This document shows, one piece after another, positions 11,926-26,189 of a DNA stretch of 64,000 bases. Numbering within the stretch: position 1 is the first letter of the stretch; the number at the start of each line of letters is the position of its first letter. The notes beneath the pieces are model-generated. The model saw only the letters and a list, made by a program, of their open reading frames with translations, searched no databases and had not been told where the DNA came from. Source of the DNA: Octopus sinensis (taxonomy: Eukaryota); assembly GCF_006345805.1 (NCBI RefSeq), contig NC_043011.1:48310464-48374463 (forward strand), written 5' to 3'. Made by a program: the position numbers and the translations under genes.

Positions 11926-11998
11926 CAACTTAATGGTTTACAAAAATACAAATTGCACAGTGAAAAAATAACCTGTGTTAATTCTGTAACCCCTTAAA

Positions 11999-12392
11999 AT
12001 GGAATATAAGAAAGTTCATTTTCGGCACTTGATACTTTCCTTTTTCCGTAAAGGGAAAAATGCCTCACAAGCAACCAAAGAAATATACGTAGTTTACAAT
12101 AATGTTTCTTTATCCAAAAGAACTGTTCAGAAGTGGTTCACAAGGTTCTGAGCTGGAGATTGTAGCCTTATTGATAAAGGGCAATCAGGCATACCATCCA
12201 CTACAGATGATGACTAAATCAAGTCATTAATTGAGAATAACCCACATTTCACAACCCAAGAATTGGAAGAAAGCCTCAACTTATCAAAATCCGTTGTTCA
12301 TGAGCACTTGGTAAACCTTGGGTAATGGCAAGTAGTTGTTGATCTTTTTCTTTCCTTTAAAAATCGGAGCAAACTTTCCGGACAACCCAATA
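11999..12392 (+). mobile_element. Internally deleted mariner element: transposase N-terminal HTH pseudogene (11999-12325) plus right TIR
   Basis: MEYKKVHFRHLILSFFRKGKNASQATKEIYVVYNNVSLSKRTVQKWFTRF*AGDCSLIDKGQSGIPSTTDDD*IKSLIENNPHFTTQELEESLNLSKSVVHEHLVNLG*; ends AACTTTCCGGACAACCCAA-TA. Confidence 0.9.
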
Positions 12393-12399
12393 TATTACC

Positions 12400-12775
12400 A
12401 GGTCTTCCTGGGTAGCTGTCAGTTTGTCCCCATATATGTGAGATACCTGCCATGACCAGGTGGCATGTGGTCAACCAACACTTGCTGTCAACCCATTTGG
12501 ATTCTCAATGTAGAGAACACAATAAGCAGGGTCTTACTCAAAAAATCGAGCAACGTGGTCAAACAGTTTGAGCTGTTTCTCCCAAATTGTATAAGTAACA
12601 GGAAACATCCCAGGTTCTGGTTACATATGAAATCTGACCAATAGTAACCCATGATCCTGTGAAGCATCCTGGTACCAAAAGAGTCCGGGCGATTCCTAAG
12701 AACCCAAGACTGTGACCAAGTCTCACAACGATACAGTAGGGCAGGGAGAACCAGAGACCTAAAGACGTGGGAGCA
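12400..12775 (-). mobile_element. RTE-clade LINE ORF C-terminal fragment
   Basis: VFRSLVLPALLYRCETW..RPDSFGTRMLHRIMGYYWSDFICN matches the RTE motif LLYGCETW..LRRI.G..W.D. Confidence 0.85.
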
Positions 12776-12904
12776 AATCAATAACAACGAATAAATATAT
12801 CATAGAAGAAGAGAGAAATATGAAAAATTTAATGTGCAACAGTCAGCTGTTAACATCAACCATCACGTTCAGCCTGTAGTCAAAAATATGTTGTGGATAT
12901 ATAT

Positions 12905-13125
12905 TTTTTACTGCCCAGAAGGGGCTAAACACAGAGGGGACAAACAAAGACAGACAAACAGATTACATTGACCCCAGTTCGAAACTGGTACTTATTTAAT
13001 CGACCCTGAAAGGATGAAAGGCAAAGTTGACCTCGGCGGAATTTGAACTCACAACGTAACGACAGACGAAATACTGCTAAGCATTTCGTCCGGCGTGCTA
13101 ACGATTCTGCCAGCACACCACCTTA
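12905..13125 (-). mobile_element. SINE family A, near full length
   Basis: GACCTCGGCGGAATTTGAACTC..GCTAACGATTCTGCCAGC. Confidence 0.85.
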
Positions 13126-13429
13126 TGTGTTGTGGATATAACAGCAAAGCAGACCATGAAGTTGACAGAATACTGGCCTAGATTTGAATATTTTTTTGAT
13201 TGATTTGGTACCTACTAATGAGACTTTGGTTGAAGCAGACTATAATGTTCTCACAATGGACCTAATGAAATATTAGTAGCAAATTTGACCTTATGATCCA
13301 CAACTATGTAGTCAAAAATAATTTATCTTCACTTTAACCTTTTGTCCATATTATTACCCAAGCATTTCCAGATATGGTCTCAGCATAATATATGATTGAT
13401 AATCTTGTCATCTCTCTTTCATTTTGTTG

Positions 13430-13449
13430 CAGAATATATATCTATAATA

Positions 13450-13540
<91 letters not shown>

Positions 13541-13630
13541 GTATATATGTAAGTATATATATATTTATATATGTATATATATATATATATTTATATATGT
13601 ATATATGTAAGTATATATATATATATATGA
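13430..13630. repeat. (TA)n compound microsatellite
   Basis: Visible in sequence. Confidence 0.95.
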
Positions 13631-13644
13631 ATAGATAGCTGCTG

Positions 13645-13870
13645 GTTTCAAATTTTGGCACAGGGCCAGTAATTTCAGGGAAGGGGGTAAGTTAATTACA
13701 CTGACCCCCAACACACACACACACACACACACACACATCCCCAGTGCTCGACTGGTACTGATTTTATTGATGCTGAACGGATGATAGGCAAAACTGACCT
13801 CGGTGGAATTTGAACTCAGGACATAAAGATGGAAGAAAAGCTGCTAATCATTTTCCCTGGTCTGCTATCG
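13645..13870 (-). mobile_element. SINE family A with a (CA)n interruption
   Basis: TTTCAAATTTTGGCACA..CCCCAGTGCTCGACTGGTAC..GGAATTTGAACTCAG. Confidence 0.7.
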
Positions 13871-14009
13871 ATTCTTCCCACTCACTGCACCTTATTTACG
13901 CAAAAATATTAACCCAATATAATGTGTATATAAATATAAACTTACATATATGTGTGTGTGTATATATACTCATATATATATGTACATATAATTAATAGAA
14001 AAATAAATG

Positions 14010-14255
14010 CACCTTTTTAAATGCTAGCCAGGCTCATGGGCCGGGTTTCCCAGTTTCTATGGTGTATGTGTTCCCCAGCTGGACGAGATGCCAGGCCATT
14101 GCAGCCTTACTCATTTTTGGCACCTAAATGGACTGGAGCAGCATGAAATGAAGTATTTTGCTCAAGAACACAATGCGTCACCCAGTCCTGGAATTGAAAC
14201 CACAATCTTACGATCATGGTGCTGACACCCTAACCATTAAGCCATGTGCCTCCAC
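14010..14255 (-). mobile_element. tRNA-derived SINE family D
   Basis: Reverse of GGCACATGGCTTAATGGTTAGGG..GTGTTCTTGAGCAA. Confidence 0.7.
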
Positions 14256-14433
14256 ACACACACACACACACACACAACACACACACATATATATATACAC
14301 ACACATATTTATGTATGTATATGTTTGTGTATATATTTATATATATGTACACAAATATATATGTGACCTCGTATGTACCGTTAGCGATTTTTTTTCCTCT
14401 GTCTTCCCTTCTCTGGATCTTTCCTTCTCCTAT

Positions 14434-14468
14434 GTTTCCGACGAAGAGCTCCACTTGAAACGTTAAAC
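14434..14468 (+). ncRNA. Decayed minimal hammerhead-like motif (P2-related)
   Basis: GTTT-CCGACGA-A-GAGC(TCC)ACTT-GAAACGT-T-AAAC; stem I intact, stem II eroded, U4 is C. Confidence 0.45.
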
Positions 14469-15169
14469 CCTCCTTCTTTCCTTCTTTCCTGAGCGTCCAA
14501 TAATACTATATTTGTTCCACGTCCTCGCGTTGTTGTGTTTTTTTTGTGCTTTCTTGTTTGGATTAACTTTATATGTATATATAGATATACACACATATAT
14601 GTATACACACACTTATACACATATACATTTATATGCATATGTATGAGGTATAAGAGACGTTATCATGTTGAAGATATTTTCGTATTAATTAATTGCGCAT
14701 TTTGGAAAATATATACATAATGCATATTAATATAGTGTGGGGGTGAAAGTGGTAAAAAAACCATAACCAAGAGATACATGCATGTTGTGCATGTGCATAC
14801 ACACCCGTATGTGCAACTCTCACATGCACACATATGCAGAGAATATGTTTGGATTATGGTAGAACTTAATGTGAGAAATAAACATATGCCTACAGGACAC
14901 CTTCCCACATGAACATCCATGTGCATACACATTTGCAGTCAAATGCATAATTTTTTGCATCACATACCCAAACATATGTACCGGGGTGGACAAACTTATT
15001 CTGTTTGTTTGTTTGGTTTACCGTTGTATATAAAAACAGAAGGAAAGTACGAGTATGACAAAAATTACATATGTAAGAAACACGTCTTCCTATACACTTG
15101 TACTTGGGTATATATGGTTGAGATTACAAACATTTACACACAGGTATGCACATGTACACATGCATATAC

Positions 15170-15239
15170 CTTATACATATATATACACACATTGTGTGTG
15201 TGTGTGTATATATATATACACATACATATATATAAACAT

Positions 15240-15270
<31 letters not shown>

Positions 15271-15337
15271 CATATATTTATATATATACATATAATACAC
15301 ACCACACCACATATATATATATATATATACACACATA

Positions 15338-15396
<59 letters not shown>

Positions 15397-15544
15397 ATTT
15401 ATATATATATATATTTTATATACAGATACATGCGTGTATACATACATATGTACATACATACCATATATATATATATATATATACATATATATACACATAT
15501 ATATACACAAATATATATATGTGTATATATGTATACACACACAT

Positions 15545-15601
<57 letters not shown>

Positions 15602-15605
15602 TCAG
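15170..15605. repeat. (TA)/(CA) compound microsatellite
   Basis: Visible in sequence. Confidence 0.95.
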
Positions 15606-15889
15606 CATGTTTGATTTATAGTTTTGTATTTAAAAAAACTTGAAAGTACTCACCATGATTTGTGAGTTAAGTATTTAAAAGTATATATAAGCCCTCACAC
15701 ATACACAAGACATACATGCATGTGAACACATGCACACACAGACACACACTCACATACATATATTATCATCATCATCACTATATATATATATATACATATT
15801 TTTTAAACTCCAGTGTACACATTTCTAACTACTTTAGTACACATATGCACGCACATTTATAAACTAAAACAAATGCATACAGACACACG

Positions 15890-15944
15890 CATATATATAT
15901 ATACACACACACATATATATATACATACTCACACTATGTGTATG

Positions 15945-15976
<32 letters not shown>

Positions 15977-16052
15977 TACAAATATAGATATACACACACA
16001 CACACACACGTATATATATATATATATATAACATACTCACACTATGTGTATG

Positions 16053-16088
<36 letters not shown>

Positions 16089-16387
16089 TACAAATATAGA
16101 TATATACACACACACACACACGCATATATATATATATATATATATATACATACTCACACTATGTGTATGTATATATATATATATATACACACACACACAT
16201 ACAAAATAGATATACAACACACACCACACACGTATATATATATATATATATTATACATACTCACACTATGTTTATGTATATATATATATATATACACACA
16301 CACCACATACAAATATAGATATACACACACACACACCACACACGTATATATATATATATATATATACATACTCACACTATGTGTATG

Positions 16388-16421
<34 letters not shown>

Positions 16422-16457
16422 TACAAATATAGATATACACACACACACACACACACG

Positions 16458-16496
<39 letters not shown>

Positions 16497-16513
16497 CTCA
16501 CACTATGTGTATG

Positions 16514-16545
<32 letters not shown>

Positions 16546-16578
16546 TACAAATATAGATATACACACACACACACACAC

Positions 16579-16616
<38 letters not shown>

Positions 16617-16635
16617 GCACATACTCCCACTATGT
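15890..16635. repeat. Higher-order tandem array of a 110-125-bp microsatellite-built unit
   Basis: Anchor CATACTCACACTATG recurs at about 15924, 16032, 16149, 16256, 16367 and 16493, with a variant at 16620. Confidence 0.9.
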
Positions 16636-16883
16636 GTTACAGTAACTAATTTCATCATATTTCTCATTGATTATGATTTTTTTTCTGAAATTTTTCTGCC
16701 ATTACCAAAAAAATATTTCTATTCTGTTTGAAGGAAATGACAGACTGTACCAGGTACATCAGCTAACATTAATCTTTTTACTTCGTGTCAGAAATCTACT
16801 TTTACGACTAAAATATTTCCTGTATTGATTTAACCTTTCTATTATCATCATCATCATCATCATCATCATTATTATTATTATTA

Positions 16884-17264
16884 CTTTTTTTTTTCTTCTT
16901 TCAAATTTTCTTCCATTTCTTGCCGAGTGTCTTCCCGACTCCTAGGGCAAAGAAACTCATAGTGTATATTGGTAGGCCATTAAACCAAACTCAGTAGTTC
17001 GTTCATTTTTTTAATTTTTTTTTTTTAAAGTTAAATTAAAATACATGAGCAGCAACAGTTCTCACATCGACAATGCTCTTCTCAATACGTGTGATGTACC
17101 AGTTAAGACAATCTTTTGCACTTCTTGCAGGGATCATTCTCATATAATTTTCGGTTCCCTTCTTGATCATTCCTAGTGCTCCTACGATCACTGGTATTGT
17201 AACCGCCTTGAGATGCCACATTTTCTCAATTTCAATGAGTAGGTCTTTATATTTTCTGAGCTTT
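16884..17264 (-). mobile_element. Second R4/Dong-type retrotransposon 3' fragment within (TAA)n
   Basis: KLRKYKDLLIEIEKMWHLKAVTIPVIVGALGMIKKG, frameshift, QEVQKIVLTGTSHVLRRALSM*; (ATT)n on both sides. Confidence 0.8.
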
Positions 17265-17335
17265 ATTATTATTATTATTATTATTATCATTATTATCATC
17301 ATCATTATTATTATTAGTAGTAGTAGTAGTAGTCG

Positions 17336-17364
<29 letters not shown>

Positions 17365-17366
<2 letters not shown>

Positions 17367-17585
17367 GAAGGTGTCGAGCTAGCAGAATCGTTAGCGCGGT
17401 GGGCAAAATGCTTAGCGGAATTTTGTCTATCACTATGTTCTGAGTTCAAATTCCACTGAGGTTGACTTTACCTTTCATCCTTTCGGGGTCGATAAAATAA
17501 GTACCAGTTGAACACTGGGGTCAATGTAATCAACTCATCCCATCTCCCCAAAAATTGCTGCCCATGTGGCAAAATTTGAAACCAT
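17365..17585 (+). mobile_element. SINE family A
   Basis: GAGCTAGCAGAATCGTTAGC..AAATTTGAAACC. Confidence 0.85.
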
Positions 17586-17776
17586 TTATTATTATTATTC
17601 TTATTGTCATTGTAATCTTTTTCAAACGGACAAAACCTTTTGTAACTTTCGTCCTGTGTTTTGTCCCTTTATGTTTTAATTGATTTTTGTTAGCCCTTGT
17701 GGCCAATAAACGAACGAATTATTATTATTATCATTATTGTTATTATTGTCATTATTATTATTATTATTATTATTAT

Positions 17777-19395
17777 CGTGCATACCTTCCTTCTTGTGAC
17801 ACTTGTGAAGACCTTTTGAGGCAAGTGAAAATCAAAACAAATCAAAATAGATGAACATCAATGGAATTTGTATCTTTGTGATACCAGTGCCGGTGGCACA
17901 CAAGAAAACCATCCGAACGTGGCCGTAGCCAGTACCGCATCGACTGGCCTCCGTGCTGTGGGCACATAACAAACACCATCCGATCGTGGCCGTTCGCCAG
18001 CCTCATCTGGCACCTGTGTCAGTGGCACATAAAAACACCATCCGAAGACCCGGCAAGACTAGCCTCATCTGGCACCTGTGTCGGTGGCACATAAAAACAC
18101 CATCCGAAGACCCGGCAAGACTAGTCAGGCCATAACCCGTAGCCCCTACCTGGGACGTAGTCAGTCCACCTGTGCATACCTTCCTTCTTGTGACACTTGT
18201 GAAGACCTTTTGAGGCAAGTGAAAATCAAAACAAATCAAAATAGATGAACATCATTGGAATTTGTATCTTTGTGATACCAGTACGGTGGCACACAAGAAA
18301 ACTATCCGAACGTGGCCGTAGCCAGTGCCGCATCGACGGGCCTCCGTGCTGTGGGCACATAAGAAACACCATCCGATCGTGGCCGTTCGCCAGCTTCATC
18401 TGGCACCTGTGTCGGTGGCACATAAAAACACCATCCGAAGACCCGGCAAGACTAGTCAGGCCATAACCCGTGGCCCCTACCTGGGACGTAGCCAGTCCAC
18501 CTGTGCATACCTTCCTTCCTTCTTGTGACACTTGTGAAGACCTGTTGAGGCAAGTGAAATCAAATCAAATCAAATCAAAACAAATCAAAATAGATGAACA
18601 TCAATGGAATTTGTATCTTTGTGGTACCAGTGCCGGTGGCACACAAGAAAACTATCCGAACGTGGCCGTAGGCAGTACCGCATCGACTGGCCTCCGTGCT
18701 GTGGGCAAGTAACAGACACCATCCGATCGTGGCCGTTTCGCCAGCCTCATCTGGCACCTGTGTCGGTGGCACATAAAAACACCATCCGAAGACTAGTCAG
18801 GCCATAACCCGTGGCCCCTACCTGGGACGTAGTCAGTCCACCTGTGCATACCTTCCTTCTTGTGACACTTGTGAAGACCTGTTGAGGCAAGTGAAAATCA
18901 ATCAAAACAAATCAAAATAGATGAACATCAATGGAATTTGTATCTTTGTGGTACCAGTGCTGGTGGCACACAAGAAATCCATCCGAACGTGGCCGTAGCC
19001 AGTACCGCATCGACTGGCCTCCGTGCTGCGGGCACGTAACAAACACCATCCGATCGTGGCCGTTCGCCAGCCTCATCTGGCACCTGTGTCGGTGGCACAT
19101 AAAAACACCATCCGAGCGTGGCCGTCTGCCAGCCTCGTCTGGCACCTGTGTCGGTGGCACATAAAAAACACCATCTGAGCGTGGCCGTTCGCCAGCCTCG
19201 TCTGGCACCTGTGTCGGTGGCACATAAAATCACCTACTACACTCTCGGAGTGGTTGGCGTTAGGAAGGGCATCCAGCTGTAGAAACACTGCCAGATCTGA
19301 CTGGCCTGGTGCAGCCTTCGGGCTCCCCAGACCCCAGTTGAACCGTCCAACCCATGCTAGCATGGAAAACGGACGCTAAATGAATGATGATGATG
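17777..19395 (+). mobile_element. RTE-type LINE 3' UTR amplified as about 4 tandem 330-390-bp units, ending in one (GAT)n tail
   Basis: GTGCATACCTTCCTTCTTGTGACACTTGTGAAGACC recurs at about 17778, 18172, 18502 and 18843. Confidence 0.9.
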
Positions 19396-19416
19396 ATGAT
19401 ATTATTATTGTCATTG

Positions 19417-19466
<50 letters not shown>

Positions 19467-19520
19467 GTCATTATTATTATTATTATATTATTATTATTAT
19501 TATTATTGTCATTATTATTA

Positions 19521-19557
<37 letters not shown>

Positions 19558-19559
19558 GT

Positions 19560-19775
19560 AATGTGGTGAACTAGCAGAACTGTTAACATGCGGGACAAAT
19601 TGTTTTGCAGTGTTTTTTACAATCTTCATATTCTGAGTTCAAATTCTGCCAAAGTCATTTTTTAATTTTCAACCTTTTCGGGGATGATAAAACAGGTACC
19701 AGTTGTGCCGTTGGGTCAATGTGATTGACTTACCCACTCCCCCAAAATTGCTGGCCCTGTTCCGAAATTTAAAAC
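19560..19775 (+). mobile_element. SINE family A (diverged)
   Basis: GGTGAACTAGCAGAACTGTTAAC..CTGAGTTCAAATTCTGCC. Confidence 0.7.
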
Positions 19776-20229
19776 CACTACTATTACCACCACTACTACT
19801 ACTATTATTTTATTATTTGAAATTCATAGTGTAAAGCTGTCTTTATTTCTTCTCTCTTCAAAACACAGCCTATTCAAGATTCATCAAATGAAATTTTCGT
19901 TGGTGTACTTGTAAAAAAGAGAACTATAATTGCATAAGGAATTGTCTGCTATTGATATCCAATATCCAAGGAGTAAAACCAAAAAAAAAAAAGAAAAAAA
20001 GAAAAGGAAGAAAAAATAATATGAGGTTTTCTAACTATTTCATTTTCACACATTACGTTTTTCACAACCAAAATGGCTTCCATGCATAACTCTGCTAAAC
20101 GACCGCTACAGGTGCACAAAAAAAGGTGCTAACAATGAGTCACACAAAACCAAATTGCACTACTGAACGAACAAGAGGACGAATAGAAGGAAAAGTTTAG
20201 TGAACAATTAATAGAGAATGTCCCAAATA

Positions 20230-20560
20230 ATCAAATAAGTCATCTGGAAGACTGTGAAAATCATAACAGCACCAGGAGTAGAGGTTGTTTCATGATACCA
20301 AAAACTGCAGTCTGTGAATATAGGAGTTTTGTTCTAGTAAGCCTTCATCTGATACAAGTAGAATAGAATTTGTAGATCTGTAGCAGTAATAGGGTAAAAC
20401 GTATCAGTGGCAGAATTTTGTAAAACCAAACTGTATTTCTTTGCTACAAGATCTAATCCAAGAGAGGACAAAGAGAAAAAAATATTGTGTATGTCTGCTT
20501 ATGAAAAATTGGAAGTGAATTAAGATTAAGTCTTGCCTTCTGTTAAGTAGTACAACAGGT
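20230..20560 (+). pseudogene. Possible highly degenerate LINE endonuclease region
   Basis: RGCFMIPK..SFVLVSLHLIQVE and LQDLIQ resemble RTE APE-domain segments; many stops. Confidence 0.3.
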
Positions 20561-20589
20561 TCTCCAGGACATAGGAGAAATTGTCTTAA

Positions 20590-20887
20590 TTGCAAATGGC
20601 AAAAAATTCATGTGGATGGTGGTGCCATGTAAAAGGCACTGGTGCCACATGAAAAGTACTGCTGCTAGTTTCATGTAAAAAGCACTGGTGAGGGTGCCAC
20701 ATAAAAAGCACTGATTATGGTGTCACAAAAATGCACCATTACATGCAGCAAAGTGGTTGGCATTAGGAAGGGCATCCGGCTAAAGAAACCAAGTCAAAAC
20801 TGACTATAGAACCTGATGCAACCCCAGCCTTGTTAATTCCTGTCAAGCCATTCAGCCCAAACCATCATAAAAAACGAACATTAAATA

Positions 20888-20918
<31 letters not shown>

Positions 20919-20925
20919 TGATGAT
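20590..20925 (+). mobile_element. RTE-type 3' UTR fragment
   Basis: GTGGTTGGCATTAGGAAGGGCATCC, (GAT)n tail. Confidence 0.7.
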
Positions 20926-21599
20926 CTGTTGTACTTTTAAATCTTGTAACACTGCCAAAACAAAGGCTGAATTAATCAAATAATCTTTGGTTATACGTTT
21001 GTGCCTTAATACATAGATTAAATAAATACAAGGATGACCCAGGCATCAAAACTATTGTAGAGTTATGACTGGTCATCCTGTTTCGTGAACGTGTCACATA
21101 ACCAAAAGATTTTCAAATCCTTAGCACCCTCGCAGATTACAGAACCATACAATTATAGAACTGTGTCCAGTAAAGGGCGCTGAGGAAAAGCACATAATAT
21201 TGATGGTTCCTAGTTGCTACGTTCATTGCAATTAAACTCACCTCAGAGCTCAATGCGTAGAACTAGACAAGAACTGTAGAAAAAATAGAGGCAAATGGAA
21301 TGAAAATGATGAAGTTCAACTGCAACAGTAACAAGAACTACAAACCTGTTTCCAGAGCCCCACTACTATCCTAAACTGGGGATAGCAAGTTGAATATTTT
21401 AAACCCCAGTATCAGAAATAAATAAGCGAACACTTCTCCTAATGATACCACCTGTAGCACCAAAACTTCAATGTGTGATAAGAAAGGAATAATGCAATTC
21501 TATATTTCTGAGATAAAGAATATACTATGTACAATCATGGCCCAAAGTTTGGAACGTTTTTTATAACAATTAAATTTGTACTTGGGCATAACAATTTTA

Positions 21600-21761
21600 A
21601 TGACTTTAGTTGAGCAAATCAACCCCAGGACTTAATCTTTGTAAGCCTAGTACTTATTCTATCGGTCTCTTTTGCGAAACAGCTAAGTTGCGGTGATGTA
21701 AATACACAAGCATCGGTTATCAAGTGATGTTGGGGGGGAACAAACACAGACACACAAACAT

Positions 21762-21801
<40 letters not shown>

Positions 21802-21951
21802 GAAATATTAAAATTACTAAGTCTCTCTAAAAGAGAACAACGGCAGCGTTCCCGGAAAATAATAGTTATCGCCATACTAATATGGAGCTAATAAGCAGAC
21901 AGCTTTATTCTTATTTTTATAAGAATGCCATATTAGTATGGCGATAACTAT

Positions 21952-21988
<37 letters not shown>

Positions 21989-22150
21989 TACGATGGGCTT
22001 CTTTCAGTTTCCATCTACCAAATCCACTCACAAGGCTTTGGTTGGCCCAAGGCTATAGTATAAAACACTTGCTCAAGGTGCCATGCAGCGGGACTGAACC
22101 TGGAACTATGTGGTTGGTAAGCAAGCTACTTACCACACAGCCACTCCTGT
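21600..22150 (-). mobile_element. SINE family B split by TA-rich inserts
   Basis: TTTGTAAGCCTAGTACTTATTC..GGGCTTCTTTCAGTTTCC..CTTACCACACAGCC. Confidence 0.8.
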
Positions 22151-22759
22151 GCCTATTATTACTATTATCATCTTTATTATTACTTTTATTATAACTATTA
22201 TTATTATTATCATCTTTATCATTGATATTATCATTATTATTATTATTCTCATCTTTATTATTATTATTATTATTATTATTATTTGGACTCCACTCACATT
22301 CATTTCTTACATATTTCTTTCTTGTGTTCTGTCTTTGTTCTGTTATAGTTTTCTTACTTTTTGTTTAAATCTCTGACACTCAGAAGATCTATTTAAATAC
22401 AATATGTATGACTAGAATGGTTGAAAACAAAAAAAAAAAACGAAAAGAAACCCATTGCAATGTATTTCTAATGATTTTTGTTATTTTTTTATCTCTTTTT
22501 CTGTAGATTTTTTTTCCATAGAAAATAATGATTTCTCTCTTCTCTATATTCTTGCCTTTATTTTTCTTTTTTGTTTCTTTTGTCTTCGGTTCGTGTCCTA
22601 CAAGTCATCGGTAAAGATAAACTTTGTTCATTTGAATGGAGAGAAATAATTAACTTTTCAGAGATAAAGAGTGATATGTTCAACCGCTTTTAAAAATGCT
22701 GATTTTAGGAATGTAGATCACAGATTACAAGTGATCTATGGAAGTAACTGATCAATGGA

Positions 22760-22975
22760 AATGTTGGCCAATATATTAAGGAAGGATATTGGGTTGCGTT
22801 GGTGCGAAGAGACTATGATAGATGTTGGGTCTTGTTGATGGAAGTCCCTGTGGGCAGAAGAGGCAGACAAAGATATAGGAGGAAGTGGTGCTATCAGATA
22901 TTGGAAACTGGGCTTCACAAAAGGGAAGACAAATGAATTGGATGAGTGTTGATGTGATAAATAGTAAAGTAATAC
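22760..22975 (+). mobile_element. Degenerate RTE ORF C-terminus
   Basis: LRWC and MEVPVGRRGRQR resemble RLRW.GHV..G.R.RGRP. Confidence 0.35.
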
Positions 22976-22989
22976 AAGCCACAACATCA

Positions 22990-23284
22990 TGGACAATGAT
23001 GATGATAATGAAGATGATGATCGCGATGATGACAGTGGTTGTGCTGGTGATGGCAACAATGACAATGGTGATGACGATGACAGTGATGATGACAACGATG
23101 TTGATGATGATGATGACAACAACGATGATGAGGTTACTGATTTTAGTTTTGGTGGTGGTGGTGGGGATAATCCTAATGAGGACAATTGTAATGATAGCAA
23201 TAGCAATGATGACAACGATGATGATAATAATAATAATGATGATGATGATGATGATGATGATGATAATAATAATAATAATAATAA

Positions 23285-23285
<1 letters not shown>
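22990..23285. repeat. Degenerate (GAT)/(AAT)n tract
   Basis: Visible; source of the poly-D/M/I ORFs. Confidence 0.9.
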
Positions 23286-23860
<575 letters not shown>

Positions 23861-24450
23861 TTAATAATGATAATAATGATGATGATGATGATGAGGAGGA
23901 GGAGGAGGAGGAAGATAATAATGATTGTGATGATGCTGATGAGGAGGATAATAATGATTATGATGATGGTTATGACGACAATTTCTAGATAGTGTAATGA
24001 ATCAACCATCTATGATTTCATACTGTTGCTAGGATGAACTTATTTGCAATTGAAGATTCTAAGATGATGTGGAATTTTATAAAGAATTTTAACAGATTTC
24101 TAATTAATAAGATACTCTTTAAACCACAAATTTCGTTTATAAAAATAAAATTTCAATTTTATCAAGCTGAAATTTCAAACCGAAACTATAATTTAAGTAA
24201 TTTAAGAGGGAAAGACAAAACGAACTAAAAAATCTTGACCAAATTAAATTAATTAATTCTGTCTGCTCTGAACCACAAAGATTCATAGAACTGATAGTTA
24301 ACTATGATTTTATATACTGTTGAAGGGAAGAGAGATCAGTTTACACCAGTAAAGGAAGATAGTCACTGGCAGGTAACTTTTCTAGAAAACTTTTAGTGTT
24401 TATAAAAAAAATTAGGATAAAATCAAGAAAGTGCAAATTTCCTCAATTGC

Positions 24451-24486
<36 letters not shown>

Positions 24487-24994
24487 TTTTCACCTTACAA
24501 GACCTCACTGCATGCAATTATAGAAATGTCTGGAAGGAAATTAGCAGATGCTATTGCAAAGACTTTGGTGCATGCTTAGCCAGAAATCCGAATAGTATTG
24601 AACAATTGCGACGGCGCTAATAATAATGTAAAACAGGTTTCAGACACAAAATCTGAAAAGAGAACTAATAGAACTAACAAAAAAAAAAAAAAAAAAAATT
24701 TTCTTTGAAAGGAAAAATTACAAAATAGAACTCGTGATTTGTGGGGTTCTTTCTTCATATTTTCCCCTTTTCTCTTTTTAGAAAAGAAAATTGTTTAGGT
24801 ATGTCTAAGCAGACTTTTGAACCTTTTAGCATCTATTTGACTTCAGACATGACAAGACTAAATTTTATGTCTGGCCTAGCTCTTATTTCCATTTTTCTCT
24901 TCACTCTTCGTATTTATTTAACACCCACCTATGTGCATGTCCTCCACACACACCTACATGTGCCCCATCACACATATATATATATGCAGCACAG

Positions 24995-25030
<36 letters not shown>

Positions 25031-25107
25031 CATGCACACACATACATACATATATATACATATATACACACACACATACACATTCACACATATATGCATA
25101 TACATGT

Positions 25108-25151
<44 letters not shown>

Positions 25152-25671
25152 ATGTTATGTATGTGTGTGTGTGTGAGTAAATATGCATATACACAATATA
25201 TATTCACATACATATATACAGACATATTTATACACACATTTTTACATCCCCCCCTCCACACACATATATACATATGCATGCACACACGATACAGCAGTAA
25301 ATAACAAGAATGGCTGTTCCTGTTTTGTTTAAGACATGCTCAAATTGATCTTGCATTGACTTCTGTTCTAAATAACTTCCAGACAAAGAAGAACGAAGAA
25401 TTCTCACTCTGATAGTTATGGGACTATTCACCGCCACGCAAATCTCCCAACCCAGCATTCTTCCGTCCATCTTTCCATACATAAATCTATATTAATATCT
25501 GTATTATTCACCCACTGAACATTCGTATATAACTGTAACCGTCTCTCGTAACTGAGGATGGTTTAGTAGAATGTACCATGCATTCAGTAATTATCTTAGT
25601 TAATCACCCTTGATCTAGCAGAACATTTGGAATGTGATAGCTGATGCGTATGTGTGTCTGTATATGCATGG

Positions 25672-26040
25672 TGGAGGTGCAATGGCCCAATGGTTAGGGC
25701 AGCGGACTCACGGTCATATGATTGCGGTTTCGATTCCCAGACCGGGCATTGTGAGCGTTTATTGAGCGAAAACACCTAAAGCTCCACAAGTCTCTGGCAG
25801 GGGGTGGTGGCAAACTCTGTTGTACTCTTTCTCTCACTCTTTCTTCCTGTTCCTGTTGTACTTGTATTTCAAAGGGTCAGCCTTGTCACGCCCTGTGTCA
25901 CGCTGAATCTCCCCGAGAATTACGTTAAGCATACACATGGTCTGTGGAGTGCTCAGCCACTTGCACGTTAATTTCATGAGCAGGCTGTTCCACTCATTGG
26001 ATCAAATAGAACCCCCGTCATCATAAACGACGGAGTGCCA
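25672..26040 (+). mobile_element. tRNA-derived SINE family E
   Basis: GGAGGTGCAATGGCCCAATGGTTAGGGCAGCGGACTC..GTTTCGATTCCC; tail shared with family D at 56800-56980. Confidence 0.85.
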
Positions 26041-26189
26041 TGAGTGTATGCATGTGTGTATGTGTGAGAAAGATATATATATATAAATTCTTTTATTCTA
26101 TTGTCAGCTATACAAGTGCACTTTTTCCTGACCTCTAGGCTCTTAGACAGCTTACACAGACACATGTATATATATGTGTGTAAAACATA

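Noticed and set aside
14919-16731. Numerous YI/HT/CV-rich ORFs
   Set aside because: (TA)/(CA) microsatellite translations
24326-24579. Two-exon candidate (KRDQFTPVKEDSHWQ / TSLHAIIEMSGRKLADAIAKTLVHA*)
   Set aside because: Weak AAG acceptors and no recognisable homology
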